From Anaerolineales bacterium (GTDB lineage Bacteria > Chloroflexota > Anaerolineae > Anaerolineales > UBA11579): 64,000 nt of DNA. The position numbers and the translations under genes were made by a program. Where the stretch lies: NCBI GenBank assembly GCA_963676155.2, contig CAXXOS010000001.1, forward strand, positions 509,984 through 573,983. The letters are read 5' to 3'. The notes under the pieces were generated by a model. That model was not told the origin of the DNA, did no database searches, and was given only the letters and a program-made list of their open reading frames with translations. Positions 16,042-24,275 of this stretch are shown in pieces; the first letter of the stretch is position 1, and each line of letters opens with the position of its first letter.

Positions 16042-16722
16042 ATGGAGAAAGATATGGCAAAGCGGATTGGGATGATTCCTTCGGGGGCGATGACGTTGAT
16101 GCATGTGGATTATGTGTGTGAGAAGTGTGGGCGGGGGTTTGAGCAGGTGTATGTGGTGTATGCGCAGGAGGAATTGCGCGCGCCGTTGCGGGTGTATGAT
16201 GGGGACTTGGCGCGGGTACGAGAGCAGATGGTGGAGATGGATGGGGAGGATGTGAAGGAAGTGGTGCAGGAGGCGTTGGCTGCTCAGAAGGTGGGGGGAT
16301 GGATGCAGGGGATGGCGGGTCAGTTTGCGGAGTTTGCGATGCAGAAGTCGGTGGATAATTTGGAGAAGGTGATGGGGCGGATTGAGAGGATGGTGCGTAA
16401 GGGGGAGTTCTCTTTTGTGAAGCCGGTGGCGTGTGAGTGTGGGCATGTGCAGAGTTGGATGGGGCGACGGAAGCGTTGGGGGGCGATGGTGATTTATGTG
16501 GGATTGATGGTGATGATTGCGGGAGTGTTGAGTGTTGAGGTGTTTGCTTGGGTGCTGACGGAGATGATGGAGACTGTTTTGATAGTGGTGTTGGGGTTGC
16601 TGGGCGTGTTGTTGGTGCTGGATGTGTATCGGATGTTGTTTGGCAGGACGATGTTGAAGTCTGAGCCGAAAGTACGATTTGAGGAGATTCGGATGATGGT
16701 GAATCCGGATGTGGGGTGGTAG
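16042..16722 (+). CDS. zinc-ribbon membrane protein, hypothetical
   Basis: CEKCG...CECGH cysteine pairs and two C-terminal hydrophobic helices, followed by a terminator. I prefer the ATG at 16042. Confidence 0.55.
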   Translation: MEKDMAKRIGMIPSGAMTLMHVDYVCEKCGRGFEQVYVVYAQEELRAPLRVYDGDLARVREQMVEMDGEDVKEVVQEALAAQKVGGWMQGMAGQFAEFAMQKSVDNLEKVMGRIERMVRKGEFSFVKPVACECGHVQSWMGRRKRWGAMVIYVGLMVMIAGVLSVEVFAWVLTEMMETVLIVVLGLLGVLLVLDVYRMLFGRTMLKSEPKVRFEEIRMMVNPDVGW

Positions 16723-16749
16723 GGAGTTGTGAAGAATTGAGATTAAGAA

Positions 16750-16778
16750 CAGGCATTCGAGCGAATGCCTGTTTTTTT
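16750..16778 (+). terminator. rho-independent terminator
   Basis: caggcattcg ag cgaatgcctg followed by T7. Confidence 0.65.
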
Positions 16779-16850
16779 CATTAAGAGGGGGATGATTGAA
16801 TGTCTGATTTTCAATAAGCTCCTAAAATCAGTGAAATGGGGGTATGTTTT

Positions 16851-17804
16851 TTATTGGATGCGCCAAATGTTGAGGGAGTTGATGAGGTAGGTGAAGTTTT
16901 GGGTTTCCCATGGGGAGGAGAGGAGTGCTACACGAGTGCCGTTGGGAAAGAGATTGTCGTAGATGGGGAGTTCGGTGAGGAGGACATCGTTGGCGTAGAG
17001 TTGGATGCTGTTGGCTTGGACGAGGACACCGAGGGTGTTGGCTTGGTGAGAACCAGTGTGAATAGCAGAATTCGCTGTCCAATTGACGAGATAGTTTTTG
17101 GTGTAGGGGGAATAGGATTCTAGACGCCAGAGAGAATATTGCCCGTCACAAGAGAATTGGGCGATATAGCCATTGGTGGTGTTTTGGGCAGAGCGGAAGA
17201 GAATGCCATAGGAATCTTGGTCGGCACATTCTTCTACTTCAACATTCATTTCAATATAAGCGTCTACGGGAGCAGTTGTGATGTGGAAAGGAGTGTCCCA
17301 TTGTGTATAAAGGCTGGTAAAAGTTAGGGGACCCTCATCTACGATAAGAATATAGGAATCATCTTTTTTTGTGGTGAGGAAGGTGTTCCAATTGGTGTGG
17401 TTGAATGCTTTGGCAGGAGAGCCAAATTGTTTTTGAGGATCAATGGAAATTGCGCTGGTGGGTACGGGAGTGAGTGTGGGTGGGGCAGTGGTGTCAGTGG
17501 GAATGAGGGGGGTGGGAGTGTGCGTGGGAAGCTCAGCAGCGGGTTCAGTGGGTTGGTCGTTTTGTTGGGATGTGGATTGTGTGGTTTGCGGGTCTGATGT
17601 GGTGGGTTGCTCTGCGGTTGAGGTGGTTGGTTGGAGGAGGGCATCTGCGGTGAGGGCTGCTTCGGCGGTGGCGGCAAGAGTGGGGAGTTTGACGATTGCT
17701 TCCATATCTGTGGGGGTGGACACCATGGTGCGGGTGCAACTGGGGAGGAAGAGGAGGAGGGCTATGGAGAAAATTATAAAGAAGAATCTTTTGTTTTTAT
17801 TCAT
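16851..17804 (-). CDS. secreted lipoprotein with a Thr/Pro/Gln-rich linker and a LamG/DUF1080-like jelly-roll domain
   Basis: Signal peptide plus lipobox FSIALLLFLPSC. The C-terminal pattern is GILFRSAQNTTNGYIAQFSCDGQYSLWRL...NTLGVLVQANSIQLYANDVLL. I prefer the start at 17804 (MNKNKRFFF), which has an RBS. Confidence 0.6.
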   Translation of the reverse strand: MNKNKRFFFIIFSIALLLFLPSCTRTMVSTPTDMEAIVKLPTLAATAEAALTADALLQPTTSTAEQPTTSDPQTTQSTSQQNDQPTEPAAELPTHTPTPLIPTDTTAPPTLTPVPTSAISIDPQKQFGSPAKAFNHTNWNTFLTTKKDDSYILIVDEGPLTFTSLYTQWDTPFHITTAPVDAYIEMNVEVEECADQDSYGILFRSAQNTTNGYIAQFSCDGQYSLWRLESYSPYTKNYLVNWTANSAIHTGSHQANTLGVLVQANSIQLYANDVLLTELPIYDNLFPNGTRVALLSSPWETQNFTYLINSLNIWRIQ

Positions 17805-17975
17805 GGGTTTCTTTCCGTTTGAGTTTGTTGTTAGTTGTATTTTTATCTGAAAATGGTTTTTGTGCAATTCATTTGGCGCGTGGGTTAGATGAATGGAGGA
17901 TAATTTTTAAGACGTTGAAAATGAGATTATGGTATGCTTAAACGCGATTAATTGAGAAATAGGAGAGTGAATTCA

Positions 17976-18605
17976 ATGTATATTGCGATTGAAGGCGTGA
18001 TTGGAGTGGGGAAAACTACCTTGGCTCGAATGTTGAAAGATGAGTTCGATGCTGAAGTTTTGATGGAAGTTTTTGATGAAAATCCTTTTTTAGCGAAGTT
18101 TTATGAAGATCGGGAACGCTATGCTTTTCAAACGCAGATCTTTTTTTTGCTGAGCCGCTATCATCAACAAACAAAGACTATTCCGACATTTTTGAAAGAG
18201 CACAATTTGGTGACAGATTATACTTTTTCTAAGGATGCGTTGTTTGCAGCGATTAACTTGGAAAGTGATGAGTTGGATATGTATAATGAAGTGCATGAAG
18301 CTTTGGCAGAAAAGATTGAGATGCCTGATTTGTTGGTGTATTTGAAGGCAGACACGGGGGTGTTGATGAAGCGAATTGCGAAGCGAGATCGTTCTTATGA
18401 ACGAAATATGGATGTGAATTATATTGATGCGTTGAATCGGAGTTATGATTCATATTTTACGAATTGTCCTTTGGATGTTAATTTGTTGGTGATTGAAACG
18501 AATGAATTAGATTTTGTGCAGAACGAAGATGATTTTGAGCTTATTTTGGACCGTATTCGACAAGCGTTGAAGATTGGCCCTTACCAGAATGAACTACCTT
18601 TATAA
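17976..18605 (+). CDS. deoxynucleoside kinase
   Basis: MYIAIEGVIGVGKTTLARML P-loop and dNK-family length. AGGAGA RBS before the ATG at 17976. Confidence 0.85.
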   Translation: MYIAIEGVIGVGKTTLARMLKDEFDAEVLMEVFDENPFLAKFYEDRERYAFQTQIFFLLSRYHQQTKTIPTFLKEHNLVTDYTFSKDALFAAINLESDELDMYNEVHEALAEKIEMPDLLVYLKADTGVLMKRIAKRDRSYERNMDVNYIDALNRSYDSYFTNCPLDVNLLVIETNELDFVQNEDDFELILDRIRQALKIGPYQNELPL

Positions 18606-18622
18606 GTAAAGGGGATTTGGCT

Positions 18623-19624
18623 ATGAAATTGACGAATGAGTTGCTGCAGAAAATTGCTGCGGATTTTGTGAAAGAAAAATCTGCTAGCGATTATGGAATT
18701 AAGGCGATTGCTTTGATGGGCTCGGTTTTGAAGGGCGATGCAATTGTGGGGAATACGGCGGACGTGGACCTTTTGATTTTGGAAAGCTATGGCGGACAAC
18801 GCCGTGAGATGATTGAATTGACGGAAGACGTGCATTTGGATGTGAGTTTTTATTCAATTGATGATTTTCAGCAAACGGTGGAATTGCGTTCGATGCCTTA
18901 TAAGGGGTATATGATTTACGGGTGTAAGCCACTTTTTGACCCGGAACATCTGTTGGATTTTGTGCAGGCAGGTGTGAGGGGAAACTTTTTTGAGGCTGAA
19001 AATGTGATGGCACGTGTGGATGCATTGTTGAGCGGGGTGCGTGATCGTTGGTTGAAATTTCAGATGACAAAAAATGTGCCTGCAGATTTGTTTGCAAAAT
19101 TCTATTTTGAGATGATTCATGATGCATTGCAATCTGTTGTCTTATATGAAGAGGCGCCTTTGGGTGTGAGAAAACTTTTGGCGGCGTTTCCGAACTATGC
19201 AAAGAAGGTGGGGGATGTGAGCTTGTTTGGGGATGTGTTGGGGTTGTTGGGGGTGGCTGGCAAAGATGCGACCGTGTTGCAGAATTGGGTGGCGGATTGG
19301 CAGGCAGACTTTGACGCTGTGCAGGGGTTGCCGAAGGTGGATGCGCAGATTGATGCGGTGAAGAAGAATTATTATTTGGCAGCGATTGAAGATCAATTGG
19401 CGAGCGATGTGCCGCTTTCTGCTGCTTGGACGTTGCTTTCTACTTGGGTGGATGTGGCGACTTTTGGGGAACAACGGGGAATGAATGATTTCCGTTGGCA
19501 GGCAATGGCAGAAGAATTGGGTTTTGTGGAAGCAGAATTTGGTGAAAAGATGAAGGCAATGGATGGCTTTTTGGATAAGGTGGAAGCGATTTTTGCTGAT
19601 TGGAAAAGCCAAAATGGGTTTTGA
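18623..19624 (+). CDS. nucleotidyltransferase-fold (minimal NTase)-like protein with a helical C-terminal domain
   Basis: ALMGSVLKGD...ADVDLLILE (GS...DxD pattern). The rest was not recognised. Confidence 0.45.
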   Translation: MKLTNELLQKIAADFVKEKSASDYGIKAIALMGSVLKGDAIVGNTADVDLLILESYGGQRREMIELTEDVHLDVSFYSIDDFQQTVELRSMPYKGYMIYGCKPLFDPEHLLDFVQAGVRGNFFEAENVMARVDALLSGVRDRWLKFQMTKNVPADLFAKFYFEMIHDALQSVVLYEEAPLGVRKLLAAFPNYAKKVGDVSLFGDVLGLLGVAGKDATVLQNWVADWQADFDAVQGLPKVDAQIDAVKKNYYLAAIEDQLASDVPLSAAWTLLSTWVDVATFGEQRGMNDFRWQAMAEELGFVEAEFGEKMKAMDGFLDKVEAIFADWKSQNGF

Positions 19625-19651
19625 GAAACTGAAATGATTGTGTATATAAAA

Positions 19652-19678
19652 AGCTCGTGAATTTTCACGAGCTTTTTT
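19652..19678. terminator. bidirectional rho-independent terminator between convergent genes
   Basis: agctcgtga attt tcacgagct forms a 9-bp stem, with an A-run on the left and a T-run on the right. Confidence 0.7.
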
Positions 19679-19688
19679 GTTTGATTTT

Positions 19689-20447
19689 TTAGTGATCGAA
19701 TTTTGAATTTTCAATCATCTTTTTGAGCTTGTCTTCTTCTGATTCAGTGGATGTGAAGTTCAAATCATTTTCAGAACGATAGAGTTCTTCGGCAGCACGA
19801 AGTTTTTCGGAAGAGGCAGGCATGGTGATTTGTCGTTTGCCACAATGGGGGCATTTTTCTAATTTGCCGAGACCCATGTTGGGCGACCACATGTTGCGTG
19901 CAAAGGGGAGGTGACATTTTTTGCAGACGGCACCACCTTTGACACCATAGACACCGAGCTCAAAATTTTTGTTTTGTTTTGCGCTGAGTATGGGACCTGC
20001 GATGGCAAGTAGGACGGAGATTGCTAAGACGGGGATGACAATGTTTTTCATTGAATCCCATGCTTTTCCTTTTTCTACAAATTCGCGTTTGAATTGATTG
20101 GACCCGATGAGGGTGCCATCGGCGAGGGTGCCTTGGGCGCTGAGCGTGTGCCAACCGGGATCGAAGATATCTGTGTTGAATTGAAGATGGAAGGGGGATT
20201 CGGTGAGGGTTGCCATCTCTTGATCGTCTATAAAGTAGGTGACGCTGACAAGTTCTTGACCAGAGGGATTGTTGGTGACTTTCATTGAGAAACGACCTTG
20301 AATGTCGCCATTAAATCCGCCATAGCCGAAATCGCGATTGAGCTTGAGGGTGAGTGATTCTGATTGCGCATAGGTATAAGAAAGGGAGAGGAGGAGGATG
20401 GTTAGGGTAATGAGAATCCAATTCTTTTTTAGTTTTGTATTTTTCAT
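19689..20447 (-). CDS. membrane protein: signal peptide, Ig-like ectodomain, TM helix, cytoplasmic zinc ribbon
   Basis: N-terminal signal sequence, TM segment VIPVLAISVLLAIAGPIL, then CKKCHLPF...CPHCGK. Confidence 0.55.
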   Translation of the reverse strand: MKNTKLKKNWILITLTILLLSLSYTYAQSESLTLKLNRDFGYGGFNGDIQGRFSMKVTNNPSGQELVSVTYFIDDQEMATLTESPFHLQFNTDIFDPGWHTLSAQGTLADGTLIGSNQFKREFVEKGKAWDSMKNIVIPVLAISVLLAIAGPILSAKQNKNFELGVYGVKGGAVCKKCHLPFARNMWSPNMGLGKLEKCPHCGKRQITMPASSEKLRAAEELYRSENDLNFTSTESEEDKLKKMIENSKFDH

Positions 20448-20474
20448 GAAAATTCCTTTTTAATGCTTGGTTGA

Positions 20475-21290
20475 TTATTTCCAACGGGTGAGAATGGTTT
20501 CTCGATCAAAAAATTGAGTGGTGATATAAAGCAGGATTGCATCGAAGACAATGGCGATCAAGATAAACCATAGTACCATAATTTTGTTGATGGTGATGAT
20601 GCCAAATGATTGCCCCAACATGAGCCCGACAAAGGGGATGACGAGAAAGCCGGAAAGTTGTTCGGCAACACGAGGGTCATTGGCTCGGGAGGAGATCATG
20701 ATGGCGACACAAACACCGGCGATGGAGAGCAGCCCACCGACACCGAAAATTGCACCAAGCCACATGGGAGAAAGCACTTGAGCGATTATGCCTGTGCCAG
20801 AGGCAGTGAAGAGCAAACTGAGTATGAAGATGCCATATGAAAGGATGGTGGCGAGGATGGCGGGAATGAAAGCCGCGAGGATTTTTCCAATGAGGAGCTC
20901 GACGGTTTTGATGGGGGTGGCGAGGAGTGGCTCTAGGGTGTGGGTGGTCTTTTCCCCGACGATACTATACGATGCAAAGGTGCTGGGGAGGATGACGGGA
21001 ATCATCATGAAGAGCATTAGAAATTGAGAGACCAAAAAATATTGCATACAGGCGTTGCCGGAAAGATCGCCACATGATTCAATAAAATATTCGGGGATAT
21101 CATAATACTCACCAGCATCGTCTAAATTGATGGCGGGTTGATCTGCTTGTTCAATGCCGTTCATGGCGACGATGGAGATGGTGGGCAACAAGGCAAAGAG
21201 CAGGGGGGTTAAGATCATCATGGTGAGGACGAGTTTGTTTCTGAATACTTCTGACCATTCTTTGAGAATGAGAACTTTTATCTTAGTCAT
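20475..21290 (-). CDS. ABC-2 type transporter permease
   Basis: Six hydrophobic segments, immediately downstream of (and overlapping by 8 nt) the ABC ATPase gene. I prefer the start at 21290 (MTKIKVL). Confidence 0.75.
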   Translation of the reverse strand: MTKIKVLILKEWSEVFRNKLVLTMMILTPLLFALLPTISIVAMNGIEQADQPAINLDDAGEYYDIPEYFIESCGDLSGNACMQYFLVSQFLMLFMMIPVILPSTFASYSIVGEKTTHTLEPLLATPIKTVELLIGKILAAFIPAILATILSYGIFILSLLFTASGTGIIAQVLSPMWLGAIFGVGGLLSIAGVCVAIMISSRANDPRVAEQLSGFLVIPFVGLMLGQSFGIITINKIMVLWFILIAIVFDAILLYITTQFFDRETILTRWK

Positions 21291-22236
21291 TGGTTTCCTC
21301 CGTTTGTTGAGATTGGGTGGTGTTTTCCATAAGTTGGAGATAGATGTCTTCGAGGCTGTGTTTGATTTCACCGATAAATTGAATGTCCGCTCCTGATTCT
21401 ACTAGTGTTTTGACGATGAGAGGGTTGTTTTGTTCTGGTGAATCTAGCTTGACGACGAGTTTGTTTTCAAGGGGAGTGACTTGATGGATGAAGGAATTGG
21501 CGGTGATTTTGGCTTGAAACTCTTGGGCGGGTTGGCTGAGGTGGAAGACGACTGTGCGGCCATAGAGTTCTTTGCGGAGATCAGAAGGAGCACCGGTGGC
21601 AAGCAAGCTGGTTTTGAGGATGCCGATGTTGTCGCAGAGGCGCTCGGCTTCGTCTAGGTTGTGGGTGCAGATGATGATGGTGCGACCTTCGTTTTTGAGA
21701 TCGGTGATGAAATCGCGGACGACGAGGGTGGCTTGAGGATCAAGCCCACTGGTGGGTTCATCTAAGAAAAGCACTTGAGGTTCGTGCAAGAGGGCACGAG
21801 CGATGGCGAGTTTTTGGCGCATGCCTTTGGAGAAGGTGGCGACAGGCTCATGACGGCGATTCCAGAGATTGAGCATGCGGAGATGTTTTTCTACTTTGGC
21901 GGGAATGTCTTCGATTTCATACATGGTGGCGAAGAACGCTAAGTTGCGCTCGGCACTGAGCTGCATATACATGCCGGGGGATTCGGTGAGGAAGCCGACG
22001 TTCTTGCGAATGGCGTAGTTATCTTGTCCAACTTTGTAGCCAGCGACTTCGATTTCTCCGGAAGTGGGTGCAATGAGAGAGGTGAGCATGCGAATGGTGG
22101 TGGTTTTGCCAGCACCGTTGGGACCTAACATGCCGAAGACTTCTCCTTTTTCCACTGAGAGGGAGAGATTTTTGACGGCAGTGGTGGTTTTGAATTGTTT
22201 TGAAATGTTGTTTGCAACGATCATAGGGTTATTCAT
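21283..22236 (-). CDS. ABC transporter ATP-binding protein
   Basis: Walker A GPNGAGKTT, signature LSKGMRQKL-like FSKGMRQKLAIA, Walker B LFLDEPTSGLD. Confidence 0.9.
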   Translation of the reverse strand: MNNPMIVANNISKQFKTTTAVKNLSLSVEKGEVFGMLGPNGAGKTTTIRMLTSLIAPTSGEIEVAGYKVGQDNYAIRKNVGFLTESPGMYMQLSAERNLAFFATMYEIEDIPAKVEKHLRMLNLWNRRHEPVATFSKGMRQKLAIARALLHEPQVLFLDEPTSGLDPQATLVVRDFITDLKNEGRTIIICTHNLDEAERLCDNIGILKTSLLATGAPSDLRKELYGRTVVFHLSQPAQEFQAKITANSFIHQVTPLENKLVVKLDSPEQNNPLIVKTLVESGADIQFIGEIKHSLEDIYLQLMENTTQSQQTEETND

Positions 22237-23197
22237 AGTGAGAATCCTTTAGATTTGAGTCATTTTTTGAATTTTGTTTTTGTGCGAGAGATTGCTTAAT
22301 TTCACTCAAACTGAGAATGTTTTCCTGAGAGAACGCGTTTAAAGGGCCTGTTTTTTCAGGATCTGGATCGGTTTTGCGGAGAGAGAGGGCGTAGAGAAGG
22401 ATGAGAATGGCGCCTGCTAAGAAGGTGATTTCGAGCATAGGAACGCTGAAGCGGACGGATCCGAAGACAGCAAATGCATCAATTGCGGTGTGGATGAGGA
22501 TGGCGAGGAAGAGATAGCCGATGTTCTTTTTGCGGAAGACTTGCAAGACGATGAGTGAAAGCGCAACGTGAATTATGACAGTACTAAAACGTTCGATGCT
22601 GCCGTAGAAAAATGTGTACCACTCGGTGTTGAGATAGGCATTGATGGTCTGTTCTACAACTGAGGCTTGTTCTCCTAAGATGGAGAGATCCATATTTTTA
22701 TAGGCAGAAATTTGAATAAATGAAAAAATGCTACTGATGCCGACAATGATTGCTTCAACGCCCCCATGGCCTAAACCGAGCATGATGCCGTCATTCCATT
22801 TGCGTTTGTCTTTGAGGAAGAAGCGATACCAGATATAACGGGTGACTTCTTCAAACACACCTGCGGAGAGCCCAAATGCGATGGCGGTTAGCAAGAGTGG
22901 GAGAGTGGCTGTTTGCGGGGTGAGGGTGAGATTGAATTTGGCTAAGAGGGGATTGAGGACGAAGATGTTAAAGGGGATGTGCCCGATTTGTGAGACGATG
23001 AAGGCGAGGGCGCCAAGGAAGAAGATTTTCCATGGGGTTTTGGTGCGCTTGTTGAATGTGATGGCTGCGACGAGGGGGATGGCGAGCATGATGAAGCCTG
23101 CAACAAGCGGGGCGGCAACTTGAACAAGCGCAGCGAATGTGACAAGCAATGCAACTGCGAGCAAGATGCCAAGGATGAATTTTTGATTTTGATTCAT
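22229..23197 (-). CDS. YhfC/CPBP-like intramembrane metalloprotease family protein
   Basis: Polytopic membrane protein with GVFEEVTRY (EExxR) and the later HVALS / IHTAIDAF motifs. I prefer the ATG at 23197 (MNQNQKF), which has a GGAG RBS. Confidence 0.6.
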   Translation of the reverse strand: MNQNQKFILGILLAVALLVTFAALVQVAAPLVAGFIMLAIPLVAAITFNKRTKTPWKIFFLGALAFIVSQIGHIPFNIFVLNPLLAKFNLTLTPQTATLPLLLTAIAFGLSAGVFEEVTRYIWYRFFLKDKRKWNDGIMLGLGHGGVEAIIVGISSIFSFIQISAYKNMDLSILGEQASVVEQTINAYLNTEWYTFFYGSIERFSTVIIHVALSLIVLQVFRKKNIGYLFLAILIHTAIDAFAVFGSVRFSVPMLEITFLAGAILILLYALSLRKTDPDPEKTGPLNAFSQENILSLSEIKQSLAQKQNSKNDSNLKDSHYE

Positions 23198-23213
23198 ATT
23201 TTTCTCCAAGATG

Positions 23214-23231
23214 GTGTTTCACGTGAAACAC
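23214..23231. promoter_or_regulatory. parS site 1 (ParB/Spo0J binding site)
   Basis: GTGTTTCACGTGAAACAC is an 18-bp perfect palindrome. Its core matches the parS consensus TGTTNCACGTGAAACA at 16/16. Confidence 0.75.
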
Positions 23232-23290
23232 TAATTTTTTTACACCTACTTAATTATAGCGCAAGGGGTGTTAATCGCATGTTATTGTGA

Positions 23291-23306
23291 TGTTTCACGT
23301 GAAACG
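23291..23306. promoter_or_regulatory. parS site 2
   Basis: TGTTTCACGTGAAACG matches the consensus at 15/16, with a 14-bp perfect palindrome core. Confidence 0.7.
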
Positions 23307-23336
23307 ATGTGTTGCAAGGGTGAGGGTGGGGATGTG

Positions 23337-23352
23337 TGTTTCACGTGAAACA
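23337..23352. promoter_or_regulatory. parS site 3
   Basis: TGTTTCACGTGAAACA matches at 16/16 and is a perfect palindrome. Confidence 0.75.
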
Positions 23353-23360
23353 ATCGATTG

Positions 23361-23633
23361 TTATGCTTCGATTGGTCTTTTGAGGGTCAGGAGCATAGAG
23401 TATGCAAAGCCATAGCTACCAGTGATGGGATTGATGGTGACGAGCTCCCAACCAGCTTGGGCGTAGGTGTTGAGGATGTCTTCTAGCTGGTTGGTGTTGA
23501 CTTCGGCTTTGGTAAAACGACTTTTGTTTTCGAGTGAGATGGTTTTGTATTCATATTTCATTTTATAAGTCCTTTCATAATATGGTAATTCATTCATTTT
23601 TTCTGCACATTTTTGGTATGCGTACTCTTTCAT
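23361..23633 (-). CDS. DUF4177-like small protein
   Basis: 90 aa. The YEYKTISL...GWELVTINP pattern is typical of DUF4177. Confidence 0.55.
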   Translation of the reverse strand: MKEYAYQKCAEKMNELPYYERTYKMKYEYKTISLENKSRFTKAEVNTNQLEDILNTYAQAGWELVTINPITGSYGFAYSMLLTLKRPIEA

Positions 23634-23730
23634 TTTTTTATTCTTTTTTACACATTTTTATTCTAGGCACAGTTTTAGACAATGCCGGTCTTGTGCGAGA
23701 CGGTTTTGTACCCCTTATGCGTTAAGAGGG

Positions 23731-24126
23731 CTATTCAGTTTTTGATTCGTTTTGAGGGGGTTCGTGATTGATTAGGAAAAAATTTTCGATGCTGTTTTGG
23801 ATTTGTTTTTGATTGTAGCCTAGGGCGCGGGCTTGGGTGAGATAGTCTTGGGTGAGTTGGGCGAGAAGCTCTTCTTTGGAGAGTTGTTCGCTGGCGGTGC
23901 GGATGAAGGTGCCGCGACCGTGTTGGGTGGTGATGATGCCTTCTTCATCGAGGATGCGATAGGCACGGGCGATGGTGTTGAAATTGATGTTGAGTTGGTC
24001 TGCTAATTGACGTACGGTGGGAAGTTGCTCTCCGGGGGTGAGTTCGCCGGTGGCTAGATTTTGTTTGAGATTGTCGACGATCTGGAGGTAGATCGGTTTG
24101 TTGGAGAGCGGGTTAATTTCTATCAT
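23731..24126 (-). CDS. GntR family transcriptional regulator, YtrA subfamily (short C-terminal domain)
   Basis: PIYLQIVDNLKQNLATGELTPGEQLPTVRQLADQLNINFNTIARAYRILDEEGIITTQHGRGTFI. Only 131 aa. Confidence 0.85.
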   Translation of the reverse strand: MIEINPLSNKPIYLQIVDNLKQNLATGELTPGEQLPTVRQLADQLNINFNTIARAYRILDEEGIITTQHGRGTFIRTASEQLSKEELLAQLTQDYLTQARALGYNQKQIQNSIENFFLINHEPPQNESKTE

Positions 24127-24191
24127 TTGATTTCTCGGTGTGTTGTAATTTTGAACGAGTTTGTCACTTTAATATTGTATTATTGTATCTT

Positions 24192-24205
24192 TGTATAATT
24201 GTACA
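24192..24205. promoter_or_regulatory. candidate GntR/YtrA operator overlapping a TATAAT-like box
   Basis: tgtataattgtaca is an imperfect palindrome (12/14) within four TTGTA repeats (24175-24205), in the divergent intergenic region upstream of the GntR gene. Confidence 0.25.
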
Positions 24206-24275
24206 TTAATAGTGTAGGTTGTCAAGGTTAGGTAGAGGATATGATGGTAAAATTTGGTTTAAGGAAGAATGAAAG

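Noticed and set aside
16034-16756. 240-aa Pro/Ser/Thr-rich minus-strand ORF
   Set aside because: It is the mirror image of the G-rich plus strand. The plus-strand frame has zinc-ribbon Cys pairs, TM helices, an RBS and a downstream terminator, so that frame was chosen instead.
22968-23231. 87-aa ORF starting MFHVKHHLGEKY
   Set aside because: The start is created by the parS palindrome (ATGTTTCACGTGAAACA). The rest is antisense to the yhfC-like gene.
23214-23352. The CACGTG palindromes considered as operators of the adjacent GntR/YtrA regulator
   Set aside because: The 16-mer matches the ParB parS consensus exactly, which is a more specific explanation than a generic operator. GntR-family operators usually follow a GT-Nx-AC pattern, and a separate candidate exists at 24192-24205. 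A dual role cannot be excluded.
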